56,986 nucleotides of DNA from Welwitschia mirabilis (lineage: Eukaryota). Each line of letters opens with the position of its first letter. The first letter of the stretch is position 1. The stretch spans positions 20,797,769 to 20,854,754 of the forward strand of contig JBOZIK010000001.1 in the NCBI GenBank assembly GCA_051453625.1. Reading direction: 5' to 3'. Positions 26,907 to 40,732 of this stretch are shown here, in pieces. The position numbers and the translations under genes are program-made. The notes beneath the pieces are model-generated. The model saw only the letters and a list, made by a program, of their open reading frames with translations, was not told the DNA's origin and searched no databases.

Positions 26907-26914
26907 TATAAATA
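26907..26914 (+). promoter_or_regulatory. Candidate TATA box in an island with no recognisable TE
   Basis: cacTATAAATA matches the plant TATA consensus, is preceded by a pyrimidine patch, and lies ~270 bp upstream of the ATG at 27176. Confidence 0.3.
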
Positions 26915-28149
26915 TCCATGCTTGGTTGTCATTGTCTTTATTTCTATTTAACTGTCATTGATTATCATTGATAGTGATTTCTTTGGTACTAAGAAGATTA
27001 TGCATTCATATTTTTAAGAATCATCTTTTTATTTAGTCTTTTTGAATTTGACATGTTGATTTTATAGCCTTGTGTATAGAGTCTCACATTTAGGGCCTTT
27101 TTCTATATCAATTTCTTAGAAAACAAAGTCATAGCATGTAGGTTTAAAGCTAGGTTATTTGTAAATGTGTGTTCTATGATGCATCAACAGCATCATCATC
27201 ACCATGACCATAACAACTATGTGAGTTTACTTAATCCCCATATGAAGGAAAATGGTGTATGTATCAATATCGAAAACATGACATACATACAGAAAAGGGG
27301 CTTAGGGTTAAGTGCTTCTCATCTTTTACATGTCTTCCATACAATAGTTTATCTAAGAACTAGATTAGATGCCTTGTATAGGGGATAATATCATGTGATG
27401 TTGTGACATCTTAAAATTTATTTTGTAATTAAGATAAAAAGGTTAAAACAGCCACAAAATTTCTAGTATAGACATAAAAAATTAAATGCATAATAAGAAT
27501 TTCAATAGTGAACACATTAGAAAAGAATGAATGAATGAATTAGTTTTGTTAGTAACATAGCTTCTCTCTCTCATTCTAGTCAATGCTAAAGCAAGAGGTT
27601 TGGTTAGATGAACCTACTAGTAGAACTATGTTCAGGGTTTAATTCATAAGATCGCTAGATAATCAAGCCAATTTAAAATGAACATATCCTATTTTAAGTA
27701 AATCACATGCATGCCTTATGTCTTACCAGATGATCTCTTTTAATATTAATGAAAGGATGTGAGATTCTTTACAACTCATTTGCAAGTTTTATCTCTTAAA
27801 TACTAGTTACAACTTCTACTTATTTAATTAGTATTTAATTAATTATACAATAATACATTTAGTTCATTTTAAAAGATACATCATTTTATTCAAATTAAAA
27901 GTTATGTTATTTATTTTTTAATAGATTTAAACACTTAAAGTATGCATGAATTCTTCTCAATAATTTAAATTCATGACATGTGATAAATTTTTTCTAGGAT
28001 TCTGGTTCATCCTCAAACTACTTTTGATTCATAGGGATTTCTTTTCATTTTTATTCTGTTGTTTCGTAATCCTCATCCTTATCCTATTCCTCTACATCGA
28101 AATTGTTATGTTATTAATTAAAAAGGATATTAAAAGAACAATAAACCTT

Positions 28150-31100
28150 TTTAATAATTCCTCCTCATTATTAAATAACTTATATAACATTCTTACATAT
28201 ATTTTATTTTTTTCCTAACTATGCTAAAAATAGTGTGATAATTCTACTAAGACTTCTATTATCATTTTTCCCTTAATTTATTTTCTCTTAATTCTTTGAT
28301 TTTAATTAAATTAATGGTAAAAGTAAGGTTAAATATTACTTGAAGATCTTTTTTAATATATAATGTATTATTCATATAAGTTTTAAGGAGGCTAATATAA
28401 AAAACTAAGTAAATCCTACTTCAAATTTTTGGAAGAGTAAGTTTGTATGCCAAATCACCTATTCTTTTAATTATAGAAAATAGGCTGCAAAATCAAGGAA
28501 CCAACTTTGTATACTTTCCCAACTTCAAGGATGCTCTTTTTGGTTTGATGTTTCTCATAGTTGATCTCCAATCTAAAAACATGATGTGAGTGATTAATAT
28601 CATAATACCTTTTGTATCTATTATGTACTCCTAGTAGTTGTTTTTAAATATGCTTGAAAATGTTTTTTCATTTTTCTTATCTCTTCGCATTGTTTTTTTT
28701 TTGCGATGCATTAAACCAAGTAATGAAAGTAGAGTAATTTCTTCTATACATATCTTTGAATGAGAAATAATATATGAATACTTAGTAACTTGGATTATAC
28801 ACAAACTTTATGAAATGTAAGTATTCTTCTCATCTTCTTGTTTTTCCTATCTCATAAGTTCTTACGATGTCTTTAAAGATGTACTTGGCTCTCTCTATTT
28901 TCATGTCTATCCATGGATGAAAAGATATATTTAAAAAGACTTGATTTCTTAGTTTGTTGAAGAATAATTATTAAAATGTCAAAATGAATTTTGGTTCTCT
29001 ATTAGAAATAATGATTTTTGGTGTTCTGTGGAGTTTGAAAATTTCCTTCACAAAGTGAATAATAATCTCTTTTGAAGTGAGAATGATATCTATTAGAATA
29101 AAATTTACCATAGTTTTTAACTTATCTACACATATAAAAATAGCATCACGAGTTTTAATTGTGTAGGGAAACCACATGATAAAACCCATGATTGTTTCTT
29201 TCCAGTTTTTAAGTTAAAATTTTCAAAAAATTTAAGAAACTGATAGGATTTTGTTGCTCTAGATTACTTTATTGGTATACGAGATGTTCTTTTATAAAAT
29301 CTTTTCTACAAGACTCTATACCCTACCATTGATAGTACTTATTAAGAGTGAGGGAGGTTTTGATAAATTTAGGATGGCCTGCATAAGGTATGTCATGGAC
29401 CTCCTTGAGAATTTGATTTCATTAAGGTTTCACAGGTACATAGAATATCTCTTATCATCAATTTCTCATTAAACATAATGTTATAATGAGTAACTTATTC
29501 TCCTTTTATTATATTTCATCATACTTCTCCTTAGATTTCATCTTGAGGTATTTGTTCTTTGACTTCTTTAGTCATTTCAAAATTTATGGCATAGATAAAC
29601 ACACATCACATTTGATTGAGGGCATTTGTAACTTTGTTTTCTTTATTAAGAGTACATTTAATGTCAAACTCGTATTCAACTAACAATCCCATCCAATTCC
29701 TTTACCTTATATTTAGGTTCTTTTATCTCTATAAACATTTTAAACTTTTATGATTAGTTTATACACAAAATTTGTCTTCAAGAAGATAAGCTCCCTGGAC
29801 TTTTGGGACATAAGTGATTATCAAAACCTATAATTCATGTATTAAATAATTTTGATCATTTTTGTTGAGTTTCCACAACTCATAGAAAATTACCTCACTA
29901 TCTTATATTAATACCACTCATATTGCTTCTCCACACATATTAAAAATTACAAAAAACTATTTTTCCAATTCTAGGATCTTTAATACTGGAGCTGTGATGA
30001 GGAAGATCTTAAGATAAAAGAAGGGTTCTTTAAATCTATTACTAAAGTTAAAGGGCACCTTCTCTTTTTTAAAATTTATCATTGATGCTATAACCCTAAA
30101 AACATCTTAGATAAATTACTTATGAAATTTGAGTAAACCTAAAAAGCTCTTCACTTTAGTAGGTAGTGGAATTAATTTTAATTTTAATTTCTTCTTTGAA
30201 TATGACATTTCCAAGGTAGTGGATAAGTGTTTTGAAAAAAAATTCACATCTAGTTAATTCTACTACTAATATGTGCCTTCTTAATAATTGTAAGATTTGT
30301 TTCAAATGCTTGACATGGTCATTAATGTTATTTGATTAAATTAATATATCATCTATAAAAATAATAATAAAATTATCTAAGTGAGGTTAAAAAATATTAT
30401 TCATTAAACTCATAAACATTATAGACACATTAGTAAGTCCAAAAGGCATAATTCTAAACCCATAATATACACATCTTGTTTTAAATTCTATTTTAGGAAC
30501 AAATTCTTAGTTAATCTAGATTTAATAATAGTCTAACTTTAGGTCAATATTTGTAAATAACTTATCTTTCTATAATTACTTTAAAAGATCATTTAATCTA
30601 AGTAATAGGTATTTGTTCTTAATAACTACCTTATTTAAATGATGGAAGCCTATACACAGTTTAAGAGATCCTCACTTTTGCTTCATAAATAAGACTAGGG
30701 CTTTCTAAAATGATACACTTAGTTTTATTTCTCCTTCATTCAAAAATTCTATAATTTGTAATTTTAATTACCTTAATCCCATAACTAAAGATCTATAAAT
30801 AGCATATGTTGGGATTTAATAATCAAGTTAATAGCATGTTCCACTTAGGTCATTCTTATCTTCAAACACTTCATGAAATTCTTATAGCTATTTTTGCAAT
30901 TCAAAATTTTCTACTATTATAAATATAGCATAGAATAATTTTTTTGTTCTTGGTTTCCTTTTTATTTTTTTTGTTCTTAGTTCCCTTTTATTATTCATGA
31001 ATAGAATTTACTTTTTATTCCCTTCCTTCTTTAAGATCTAATCTTTGAACAAAGTCGAAATAAAAAGAAAACCAACTCAAAAAGAACCTTTAACATCAAA

Positions 31101-32600
31101 ATTTTCTAAAAATGATATTTTTAAAATTATCTCATATTTACCAATATTAGAAACATTATCTTAAAATCCTACATCTACAATTTTTAATGTAAGTTTGACA
31201 TAATAACTAGGTTGCATAATTATTTCTTCCATTCAACCCCAACCTTGGAACTTTTTTCTTTAATTATTTTATTTTTAAAATTTATTATGATTTTAAGAGA
31301 AATAAAGTTATCACTTGTATTACTACTTATTAAAACTAGAATAGATTTATTTTCTGTGAATTCTTAAGTTCTAAGATAAAAAACTAATTTTTAACAAAAC
31401 CTATTTAAATGGATGCAAACAGTCACTTCATTGCTTATTGCAATTCTTATTATGATAGTGAAACTAATTTGAATTTGTTTCCTCCTTATTCTTTGAATAG
31501 TTCTTCATGATATGTTTCTTCTTCTTGAAAATTTGAAAAATGGGAGGGGGCAAAGCTTATATGAATTGCTAAGGTTGAAGTTGCAAGAACTATTAAGGGC
31601 ATGGGAAGCATTATGATCTTAGCTATGGGCTATCATTAACTATAATATAGGTGTTTATCATGACTCTTTATTTAGCTTCCATGTAGTATGTTATGTTTTT
31701 GTACACTTATTATAGAAAGTTAGGTTTGAGAGAATACAATAAGTTTTATAACCTTACTATAATAATGCTGATAAAGTTTTTTGGCAAGTTCCTTAGGATC
31801 TTTGTAGTATTTAAACTTTACTAGCTTTTGGAATTCTTCCTAATGTTCTTTAAGGCTTTTTCTTCCTAGAAGTAGCCCTCTAAACTGTATTTGTTTGTCC
31901 TTAATAAAATAATCAAGTATGAATGCTTTATAAAACTCATCCATAAGTCATTTCACTTCACCTAGTCATTCCTTACTACACTCAGTTCACTTCACAAAGT
32001 TATCACATCTCTTGTTAAGAGCCTTACTACATAGTAGCTAAGGTTATTATTTTTGACATTCTTTAATTATAAATAATTTAAATGTATTACGGTCACTTTG
32101 AATCTTCTTCATATGATCTAGAAGTACTTGCATACATCTTAATCTATACTTTCTTAATGTTTTCTTAATAGTCCCTATCTTTGATGGATTGATTATGTGC
32201 TTCTTCATGCAAGATATGAATTCTATTCTCATAATTCTCATAGTTTCCTATGAACTTATTCCAAGGTTTTAGGTCCTATTAAAGCTTCTATGGATTGGCT
32301 CTAAATGTCCTAAATCCTTCCATTACATGCTTAAAAATACTCTTGCACTTTGGCTTTAAATAGTTACATGGATTACTCCTGTGATCTTCCTTCTAAAATT
32401 TGCAAGATGGAGTTAAGTTTTTTATTCATCTAATATTAAGAAGTCTTAACATTTCAAAATTCTTAATGAACTTCATCAATTCTTTATGCAAGAGCATAGA
32501 GGAAATTATTTATATGATCTTCAATGTTTTGCTAATATACAAGCTATTAAGATGCCATGTACTTTGTTCTGTATCCTTCTTCCTCTTTTTACAGTAATTA
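28150..32600 (-). mobile_element. Decayed chromovirus (Tekay-like) Ty3/Gypsy gag-pol
   Basis: On minus: gag DEFYKAFILDYF (~31930); protease ILVLISSNTSDNFIS (~31320); RT LKLCIGFHHLNKVVIKNKYLLLRLNDL and IFIDDILI (FIDD at 30348-30359); integrase WKETIMGFI...DAIFICVDKLKTM; GPF region KLVP*FCSLFSIIKRIGDLAYKLTLP..RIYLVFYISLLK; faint chromodomain remnant at ~28200-28320. Confidence 0.85.
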
Positions 32601-32789
32601 ATTTGGTTACTCAATCATTTAAAGTTAAAACTGATAAAACTAATAATAACCACTATATTTATTAGTGAGATCATTAAGAAAAATGATAATTTATACCAAT
32701 ATAAGAAATAAGTTAATTATCTTACTCATAAGCTAAATAGACCTTATCATAATGGATTGTTTTGTTTATTAAGCCAAATTAAGTTCTAA

Positions 32790-33740
32790 ATAAAACCATG
32801 GTGTCTTATAGTGGATATATATACTTTCCTTTAAAATTAAGACATTCTATTACCATGACATCTTATACTAAGTGTGCAAGATCTAGATTAGATCCATAAT
32901 CCTTTATGCAAATTAAATTAGAATCATGATCTAAGTATATAATATTTGGGTCAAATTCCTTGTGATCTATGTACACCCAATTAAAAGCATGGTATCCTAT
33001 ACTGAATGTACAAGGTCTAGGTCAGATCCTTAATGTTATTTAGACACTCAATCAGAATTATTACATTTAGTACTAAGTGTATAAGTTCTAGGTCAAATTC
33101 ATGTTAACTTATAGACACTAAATCAGAATCATAACCCCCTATACTAGGTATGTAATATACAAATTAGGTTCATAGTTAACTATAAATATTAAATTAGATT
33201 CATGATGTCATATACTATGTATATAAGGTCAAGGTCACATTGAGGATGTCCTATGTTCATCAAATTAAAATCATGGCATTTAATATTAAGTGTGTAAGTG
33301 TCAAGTCAACTCCAATGCTGTATAGACATTAAAGTAGAATCATGATGCCCTATAATAAGTGCAAAAGATCTAGATTAGATCCATAATATTCTACTAACAC
33401 AAAATAAAAATCATGATGCCCTATATTAAGTGTTCAAGGTCCAAATTAGATCCATGATGTCTTATAGACACTAAATCAAAATGATGGTACCCTTTACTAA
33501 GTATTTAAGGTCCAAGTTAGATTCATCATATTCTATAATCACTAAATCATAACCATGCATTATATATTGAGTATACAAGGTCTTTTTTAAAACCATAACT
33601 CATTTTGATTATCAAATTAGAACTATGCTATCATATAGACATCAAATTAATGCTATGATTACCTACATAAAGTAAAAAAGATCTAGATCAGATCCATTAC
33701 ATCCTATAAACACTGAATTAAAATCATAATAACCTATACT
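32790..33740. repeat. Degenerate tandem array, ~70-71 bp unit, about 13 copies
   Basis: The atactaagtgt-like anchor recurs at ~32865, 32930, 32999, 33070, 33141, 33212, 33283, 33353, 33423, 33494, 33564, 33665 and 33736. Probably within the LTR of the adjacent chromovirus. Confidence 0.85.
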
Positions 33741-34105
33741 AAGTTCTTAACATTTTACTAACTTCAAAACAGAGCCATTATGTCTTATTGTAAGTGCTTA
33801 ATCTTTTACTAACTTAGAAATAGAACCATCTTGCCCTAACTAAATCTAATAACCTTCCATTGGCCTACAAATAGAACCATGACATTTTATGCTAGATCTA
33901 TAACCTTTTTTAAACCTAAAAATAGAACCACCATTCCTTATACAAAATCCATAACCTTTCCTTAAATTCAAAAATAGAATCATAATGTCTTATAGAGGAT
34001 TTATGACCTTTTTTAACTCAAGAATAAAATAATGATGCTTCATACTAGATCTATGATCTTCTATTAGCTTGAAAATAGAAACATGGCATCCTATACTAGA
34101 TCTGT
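33730..34105. repeat. Degenerate tandem array, ~51 bp unit, about 7 copies
   Basis: aaatagaaccat...tatactagatctat(a/g)acctt recurs about every 51 bp. Confidence 0.85.
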
Positions 34106-37100
34106 TACACTTAACTATCCCATCAATCTAAATCAAGATTAAATCAAGTCTTAATTAAAGTGTCACTTCAATTACACATTATTTTCACTTCACTTGTACT
34201 TAACTCAACTATATGATTCCTTTATTTTCTTATAAATAAAAGAGTTGTGGATAATTTTACTTTATTTTTAATGTTCTTTACATTTAGATAAGGTACCTTT
34301 TTATTTGTTTCTCTTCTTATCTTTTTACATTATTCTTTAATTCTCTTGATGTTTTTTCATACTTTTACTTTTCTATTCTTCCTTTCCACTCCCTCCACGT
34401 CCATCCTCTTTTTCTTTTTTCATCCCTTCATGAATCTTTTATTCTTATAGGTATTAAATGCATTTGAGCTTTCTGAATCAAGATTTACAAGGTTTCCAAT
34501 TAATATTTCCAAGACTCTTTAACATATTCTACTTAGATTCAAAGATCATAGCCATGAATTTCAAAGGTATGGATTCTTGCAAAGATTTTTTAAATATCAA
34601 AGGGGCTACATGTAAGTTAATATTTATTAGCAAGGAATCTTAAACTTATTGACTTAATTTAAACTTAAGTGGGTATTAGCATTAAATTAATCTAATATGT
34701 TTTTTTTTCTTTATTTCAAATTTAGATAACCCAAAATCTACATGTACCACTCCTTTGACCTCAAGTGCCATTCCTTTAGTCACTCAAATCTAGGTAGAGT
34801 GCATATTATCCTTAAGTTAATGAAAGATACCTTTGGCTTGTCTCATGGTTTAATCCACCATAGAAAGTTACTATTTTATCACCATTCATGCGCCCATAAA
34901 ACAGTACGGGGGTTACCCCGGCTAACTCCTACCATGTAATACATGTGTAAACAACTATAATTTTATAAATCTACTTTGCATGATTTTGTTAACAATAAAT
35001 GCTATCAACAAGATTATCATAGAGTTCTCTTAAGAAAAATTTTAGCTCTTTACTTTACTACAATTAGATTACTGATTTCTTATTTTAGATTCCTTCATTC
35101 TTAATCTTCTGAACTTCTTGAGTATGCAATCTTCATAGCCTTAGCATAAAGTAAGGATATGTGTTTTAGTTAGAGTGACAACATCTATCTTAAGATTTTT
35201 TCTTGATTAAAAAGGGCCATGATAATTTTCAACACAAGTTTTATTACTTCTGAAAGAGGTTTTCTATTTCTTTTGTTTGCTCGTTAAGGTAGAGGAACAT
35301 TTTCTAATATTAAATGAATTTTTCTTTCTAAGGCCTTAGTTATGGATACCTCTAAATTTTCATTTTTAAATCATCACATATCTCTTTCTAACTCTAGTGA
35401 GAAGGAAGAAAATGAAGGCACACTTGCATTTTTGTGAAGGAGTGGATTTTACACTTTAAGGGTGAGAAATTCTTTTTCACCCTAATTTTTTATCATCTTA
35501 TTGTTCTTAAATCATGTTCATTGTTAATTATTATAGATGGATTAGTAAGAGGAATCCTCTATGAAGACTCTAAGTTAAATTTTCTAAGATAAAAAAAATG
35601 TTTTATTGCAACCTTTCTAACTTGTGATTTAATAAGTTGAATATGAGGTGGAGTAACCCCTTAGATTAAGGCAAAGTAAGCATAAACTTAGTAGAATAAC
35701 ATCCCTCCTTTTTTATTTCTTAGATTTTCTATTTTCATTCAACTATTTCTTTTATTAATTTACTTCTTTACTACAACACTACCAAAGAGTACCTTCCCAT
35801 GCCTTACCCCAAGAGCAAGGGAAGTTAAGCATGGACAAATATTTCAATATTTGTTCTCATGCTAAAGTAAGTAGATTCCTAGGTTTGAGCTCGATCAAGG
35901 TTAAAAGTTCTAAGTGTTTTTGAACTAGATGAAACCACTCTAATGGGATTATAACTTTGATGAATTTTTGCAATTCAATGACTTCTTTATGATAGCTTCA
36001 GTGAATCTAAGATAGTTAATTACTCTAGTAGAATATCATCTTTAGTCCTATTTAATATGTCCCATCCTTCCTTAGCTACTTTAGCTTTTATGGTTTTTCA
36101 TGCCTCTTTTGACTTGTAAGGAAGTTTTTATTCTTATTTTTATTATTACTTTTTTCCTACGTGTTCCTTGCGCATGCATTTCGCTGTGATTTGAGTTCCT
36201 TTCCATGTTAATGTTTTGCCTTTTTTTTTTTGGGGTGCAATGAGAATGACCAACAGATGCAATGGTAATGTTTGTTTTATAGTTTTTCTTGCCTCATGGC
36301 TATGATTTCCACATGAAGCGGTGAGAAGCAAACGATAAAGAGAATGCGAGAAGAGGCAAACGGTGGGGAGAAGACGAGAATGGTGGAAACAGTGGAGTGT
36401 AAAAAGAATAACAGAGGTAAGAGAGAGAGAGCGATAGAATGGAAGCAGGTAAACAGTGCAAAAGGGAAAGAGCAATGGGCAAGAGCATTGGAGGAAAGGG
36501 TAAGTTTCCCAACGCAAATATTTAATTAATAGTTTGCATTCCTACTTATGCATTTACTGTGTGAAGTTTTCTCAGCATTTCTTATATACTATTTTTTCCC
36601 CTTCAAACGAATGCTTTAGATTGGAATGTTGTGTGTTTTAAAAAAAAATGTTAAGGCATTATGAATTCTTCTCTCTCCATGAATTTTTTTTTAATTGTAT
36701 AAAATGAAATACCTGACAAAAAGCTTGTTTGGAGAATGTTAGTGTAAATAATAGCAGTGATTTCTGAATATTATTCTTTGTTAATCTGAATACACCTTCA
36801 TCTTCATTCTTAGGCTTTTAAGTAACATTTCATCATTCAGATTAGAGTGTCAGTCTCTTCTGTTGCATTTCCACATACATCCTCATGCATTAGTAGCTTT
36901 TTAGTTAAACATATAAGTCATTTCTAAATAGCATTCAGTTTCTTGAATAACGTCATTATGAAATAAGTCTGTATGCTACATTTTCTCTTTCTTAAGCACT
37001 CTTAGTTGGTTTTGCATTGGTTTCTCACCTATGCCAACTGATCAAATTTTTCAATATTAAATGCCTTCAAGAATGTTAGGCAATAGAAATTGTATCATTA

Positions 37101-37149
37101 GGCTTTTCAACAATAGCAAAAAGACTAGAAAATATGAAGAAAATGATGT

Positions 37150-38850
37150 ATTAGTAAGTAAATATATTCATATTATGCGATATTATATTTCACATAAGTT
37201 GTACTTTTTTTATATATACTATATCACTTAGTATATTATAATACATCATATCACACATACATTATATTACATTATATGTTTTATAACATTATATTATTTT
37301 AAATATCATGTATCATAATATATTATATATAACTTATATTATATAATAACATACTATAATATGTTTATTACATGCAATATATTGCATACACATTATATTA
37401 TGTTGTTTTATAATATACCATATTATGTAATGTAAGATTTTATTAAATTATGTAATGTATATTATATTGTATTATATTCCATTAAGTTACCTTCTATCAC
37501 ATTATAATGTATTATATTTTATTATATTATGATAATACTATATTATATCATGATTATATTATTTTACATTTTATAATGTATGGCAAGTATAATGTATTGT
37601 TTTGCATATACATCATAACATATTTTATTATTTTATTTTATATGCGTAAATATTAAATTGTACTATGATTATAATACATTAGATTATATTATTGTATCAT
37701 ATATTATACTATATTATGTTAAATCATATTCTTATAATATGTAGTATATTATTTGATATTAAATTATGTTATTGTATGTGGTATTACTACTTAATATGAT
37801 ATTATATTAATTTATGTTATCTCATGTGCATAATATTACATTATATTCTACTACAGACTATGCTCAATGAAATGATATTTTAGACTGTGTTGTCTCATAT
37901 NNNNNNNNNNTTGACATGGATATATTATAATATGTTATATTGAATTATATTTTATTATGTTAATTTCTACAAATAATGTTACATATAACTAGATTGTAAT
38001 TACACTATATTGTTGAAATATCTTATGTTAGGTATTATATCCAATAAATTATATCACTCATGAATTATATTATATAATAGTATATGAATTATATGCATAA
38101 TATTATATTATGTGATATTTAGTTGCATCATTTGCATAATGTTACAATTGTATTATAAAGGTAAATATGTTTATCATGAAATGTATTAGAGGTGCTAGTT
38201 TTGATTTGATCAATAAGATCTTGCATGCATACATACTCTTATTTTCATCATCAATCTAATATGCAATCCTATACAAACTTATCTGATAGCCATATTGTGA
38301 TTTTACATCATTATATTAAATCTAGAACATATGTATTATATTATATAATACATCTTTATATATTGTACTATATTAATTTAGATTATATTAAGTTATAATA
38401 CAACGCTATTTTTACTTTGTGTTATATTATAAATAGTACATCGTAGTTATGCTATATTATAAAATATTGTTTTATATTATAATCACACTATAGAATATAA
38501 AAGTAAATATAATAAATTACAATATCTTGTGATTAGAATATCATATTGAACTACAATTATAGTATTATATTATATTACATTATAGATATAATAGATTATA
38601 TAATAACATAAGTGTAGTATATATGGTATATTGTCTTAAATTACATTGCACGTAGAATATATTATGTTGCATATATATGGCATTATATTATGTTCCACAA
38701 TAGACGTAATATTATATTATTTTATAACATGGTAATCAATATGCATATTGTACTATATTATATGTGTGATATTATATTATCTCATAATAGGATAACCCAT
38801 ACATATATATATATATATATATAACCCTACAATATTATAATGTAAGAGGA
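37150..38850. repeat. AT-rich low-complexity (TATTA/ATA-type) tract, including (AT)n at ~38803-38822
   Basis: Direct reading of the sequence. Confidence 0.85.
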
Positions 38851-39477
38851 GACATGTTTAATTCTAAAGAGAGGATTAGTGTTAAGAATAGATAATGATA
38901 AAGCTAGTATTTAGACAAGATTAACTACTCATCTTGATGTCTTACATGCTATTGTTAGTACAGTTATCTTAATATAATGCTTTTTCATACTTAGTCACTC
39001 AGTAATTAATTTTACTATGAATGTTAGATGTTGTTGGTTATTGACTAATAATCATGCTTATTTTAATATGATTGATGTAATTATATTAAGTATGATTTAG
39101 TTATCTAATGATGCAGGTTTAGCACTTTCTTTAGTGTCCATGGTCACCTTGATATGCCTTATCGCAATCTAGATATGTAGCTTAAACTTATTACCTTACA
39201 TGTTCATGCTCATGAATTGAATGTTTTAAGAAGTTATTTATTACATTGTGTACAATAATATACCACTAGTAATTTTTCTATGATGCTTGTTGAAAATAGC
39301 TAGGCATAGAATTAGCTTCTTTATCCCTTAACTTCTTTGATACCAAGTCTATTGAGGCTAGGGATCTAATTCAGTGCATATGGACTAGTTCCTTTGGGCA
39401 TTTATATATTTACATATTATTAGATTTATTATATCCTATTGTAAAAGGAGCGGCTATGAGGTACCCTGCCTAAATGG

Positions 39478-39479
<2 letters not shown>

Positions 39480-39545
<66 letters not shown>

Positions 39546-39651
39546 NNNNNNNNNNNNNNNNNNNNNNNNNNNNNNNNNNNNNNNNNNNNNNNNNNNNNNN
39601 NNNNNNNNNNNNNNNNNNNNNNNNNNNNNNNNNNNNNNNNNNNNNTGTGTG
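39480..39651. repeat. (GT)n microsatellite spanning an N gap
   Basis: Over 30 GT units before the gap and tgtgtg after it. Confidence 0.97.
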
Positions 39652-39699
39652 CGCATACCTATGTGTTAATCGCATTCCTACATCATGTTATATTATTGA

Positions 39700-39980
39700 T
39701 ATTATTCCTCCCATTGGCTAATACTAAGATGAGGGAGAGATCTGGGGGGGTCTCTTTACATGCTTAGTTGATAGAGCTACCAATGGTTATTTATATATCT
39801 TCTTTCATCCCATTGGTTGATACTAAAATGAGGGAGAGATTTAAGGGATCTCTTTACATGCTTAATTTATAGATTTACTAATGGTTATTTATATATATTC
39901 TTTCCTCCCATTGGCGTAGACTAAGATGAGGGAAAGAGTCGAGGGACCTCTTGACAAGCTTAGCTTCAATGTGTCTAATG
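39700..39980. repeat. Tandem repeat, 98-99 bp unit, ~2.7 copies, each self-complementary
   Basis: cccattgg occurs at 39710, 39809 and 39907. Confidence 0.9.
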
Positions 39981-40102
39981 GATATTTTGGCCAAGTGACT
40001 AGGGGTTTACTATATATTCATTTGGGTATCCATATATGATTTATATTAATCATTCACATGCATTGTCATTGTTCATGCATTAGAATTCCTCATTAGGAAT
40101 GA

Positions 40103-40156
40103 TTGTTATAACCTTAAGAGTTTCTGACCTTGTTATAACCTTAAGAGTTTCTGACC
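40103..40156. repeat. Perfect 27-bp tandem duplication
   Basis: ttgttataaccttaagagtttctgacc occurs twice in tandem. Confidence 0.95.
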
Positions 40157-40732
40157 GACTGTCTCTTATATTTTTAGACATAGCTATTGATGCTTATGTA
40201 TATATTTGTGTGAGTAATACGTTTTAGTGACATGTCATTTCATATGTCATGATACTCTCTTGTACTTGGGTTAACTATTACATTTTTATATTAGTTTATG
40301 CTTAATTCTGTCCTATGCCACTGACACAGACTACCTTGATTTATCATACACTCATGCATATTGGTGGAGATGGAAATGAGGTCTAAGATAGAATTGCATA
40401 TGGTCTGATCTCCTTTGGATGAGGATATGTAGGTGTGGTTTCTTGGTTGTTGATGCAACCAACCATTCGATCGTAACTCACACATCTCTCTGGCATGTTT
40501 TTTAATGAGATTTTTAAATAACCTTTAGTTTGGATGTGCTATTAATCTGGTGAGCTATCCTCGTATAGTTCTCCTGAGGTGTATCCTATGGGTAACCAAG
40601 AGGTAAGTCTCTTATTTACAAACTAATTGATACACTACAATAATTAATCGAGTCTTGTATGTTAATTTTAATTTAAAAAAAATTTCCATGTTTTCATGCT
40701 TGTTAAGTCCAGCCTAAGAGTGGGTTGTGACA

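Larger units (their letters stand above)
36058..40732 (+). mobile_element. Tekay/Del-like solo LTR (~4.7 kb) inserted in the env-like ORF
   Basis: Termini tgtcccatcc ... gggttgtgaca form an imperfect inverted repeat (8/10). No PBS follows. Flanks taata/gtata match 3/5. It contains a GA-rich segment with a splice donor, an AT-rich tract, a microsatellite and tandem repeats. Confidence 0.65.

Noticed and set aside
27185..27313. Possible miRNA precursor (cagcatcatca resembles miR172*; partial stem acttaatccc/gggttaagt)
   Set aside because: No mature miR172 arm is present and the stem has large unpaired purine-rich regions.
27402..28140. Candidate 3' LTR of the minus-strand chromovirus
   Set aside because: It has plausible termini and a PPT-like tract, but I could not align it to any 5' LTR beyond 32640.
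32790..34105. CRISPR-like periodic repeats
   Set aside because: The whole unit is repeated, with no unique spacers and no cas genes, in a eukaryotic TE context.
36146..36529. Overlapping 61-123 aa ORFs
   Set aside because: The frames are open because of GA/CT-rich composition inside an LTR, and no domain is recognisable.
39702..39717. tattcctcccatt resembling miR482/2118
   Set aside because: It is a partial match within a tandem repeat unit, and the 5' half of the putative mature sequence is unpaired.
39429..39767. ORFs with poly-VC / poly-HT
   Set aside because: These are translations of the (GT)n microsatellite and N gap.
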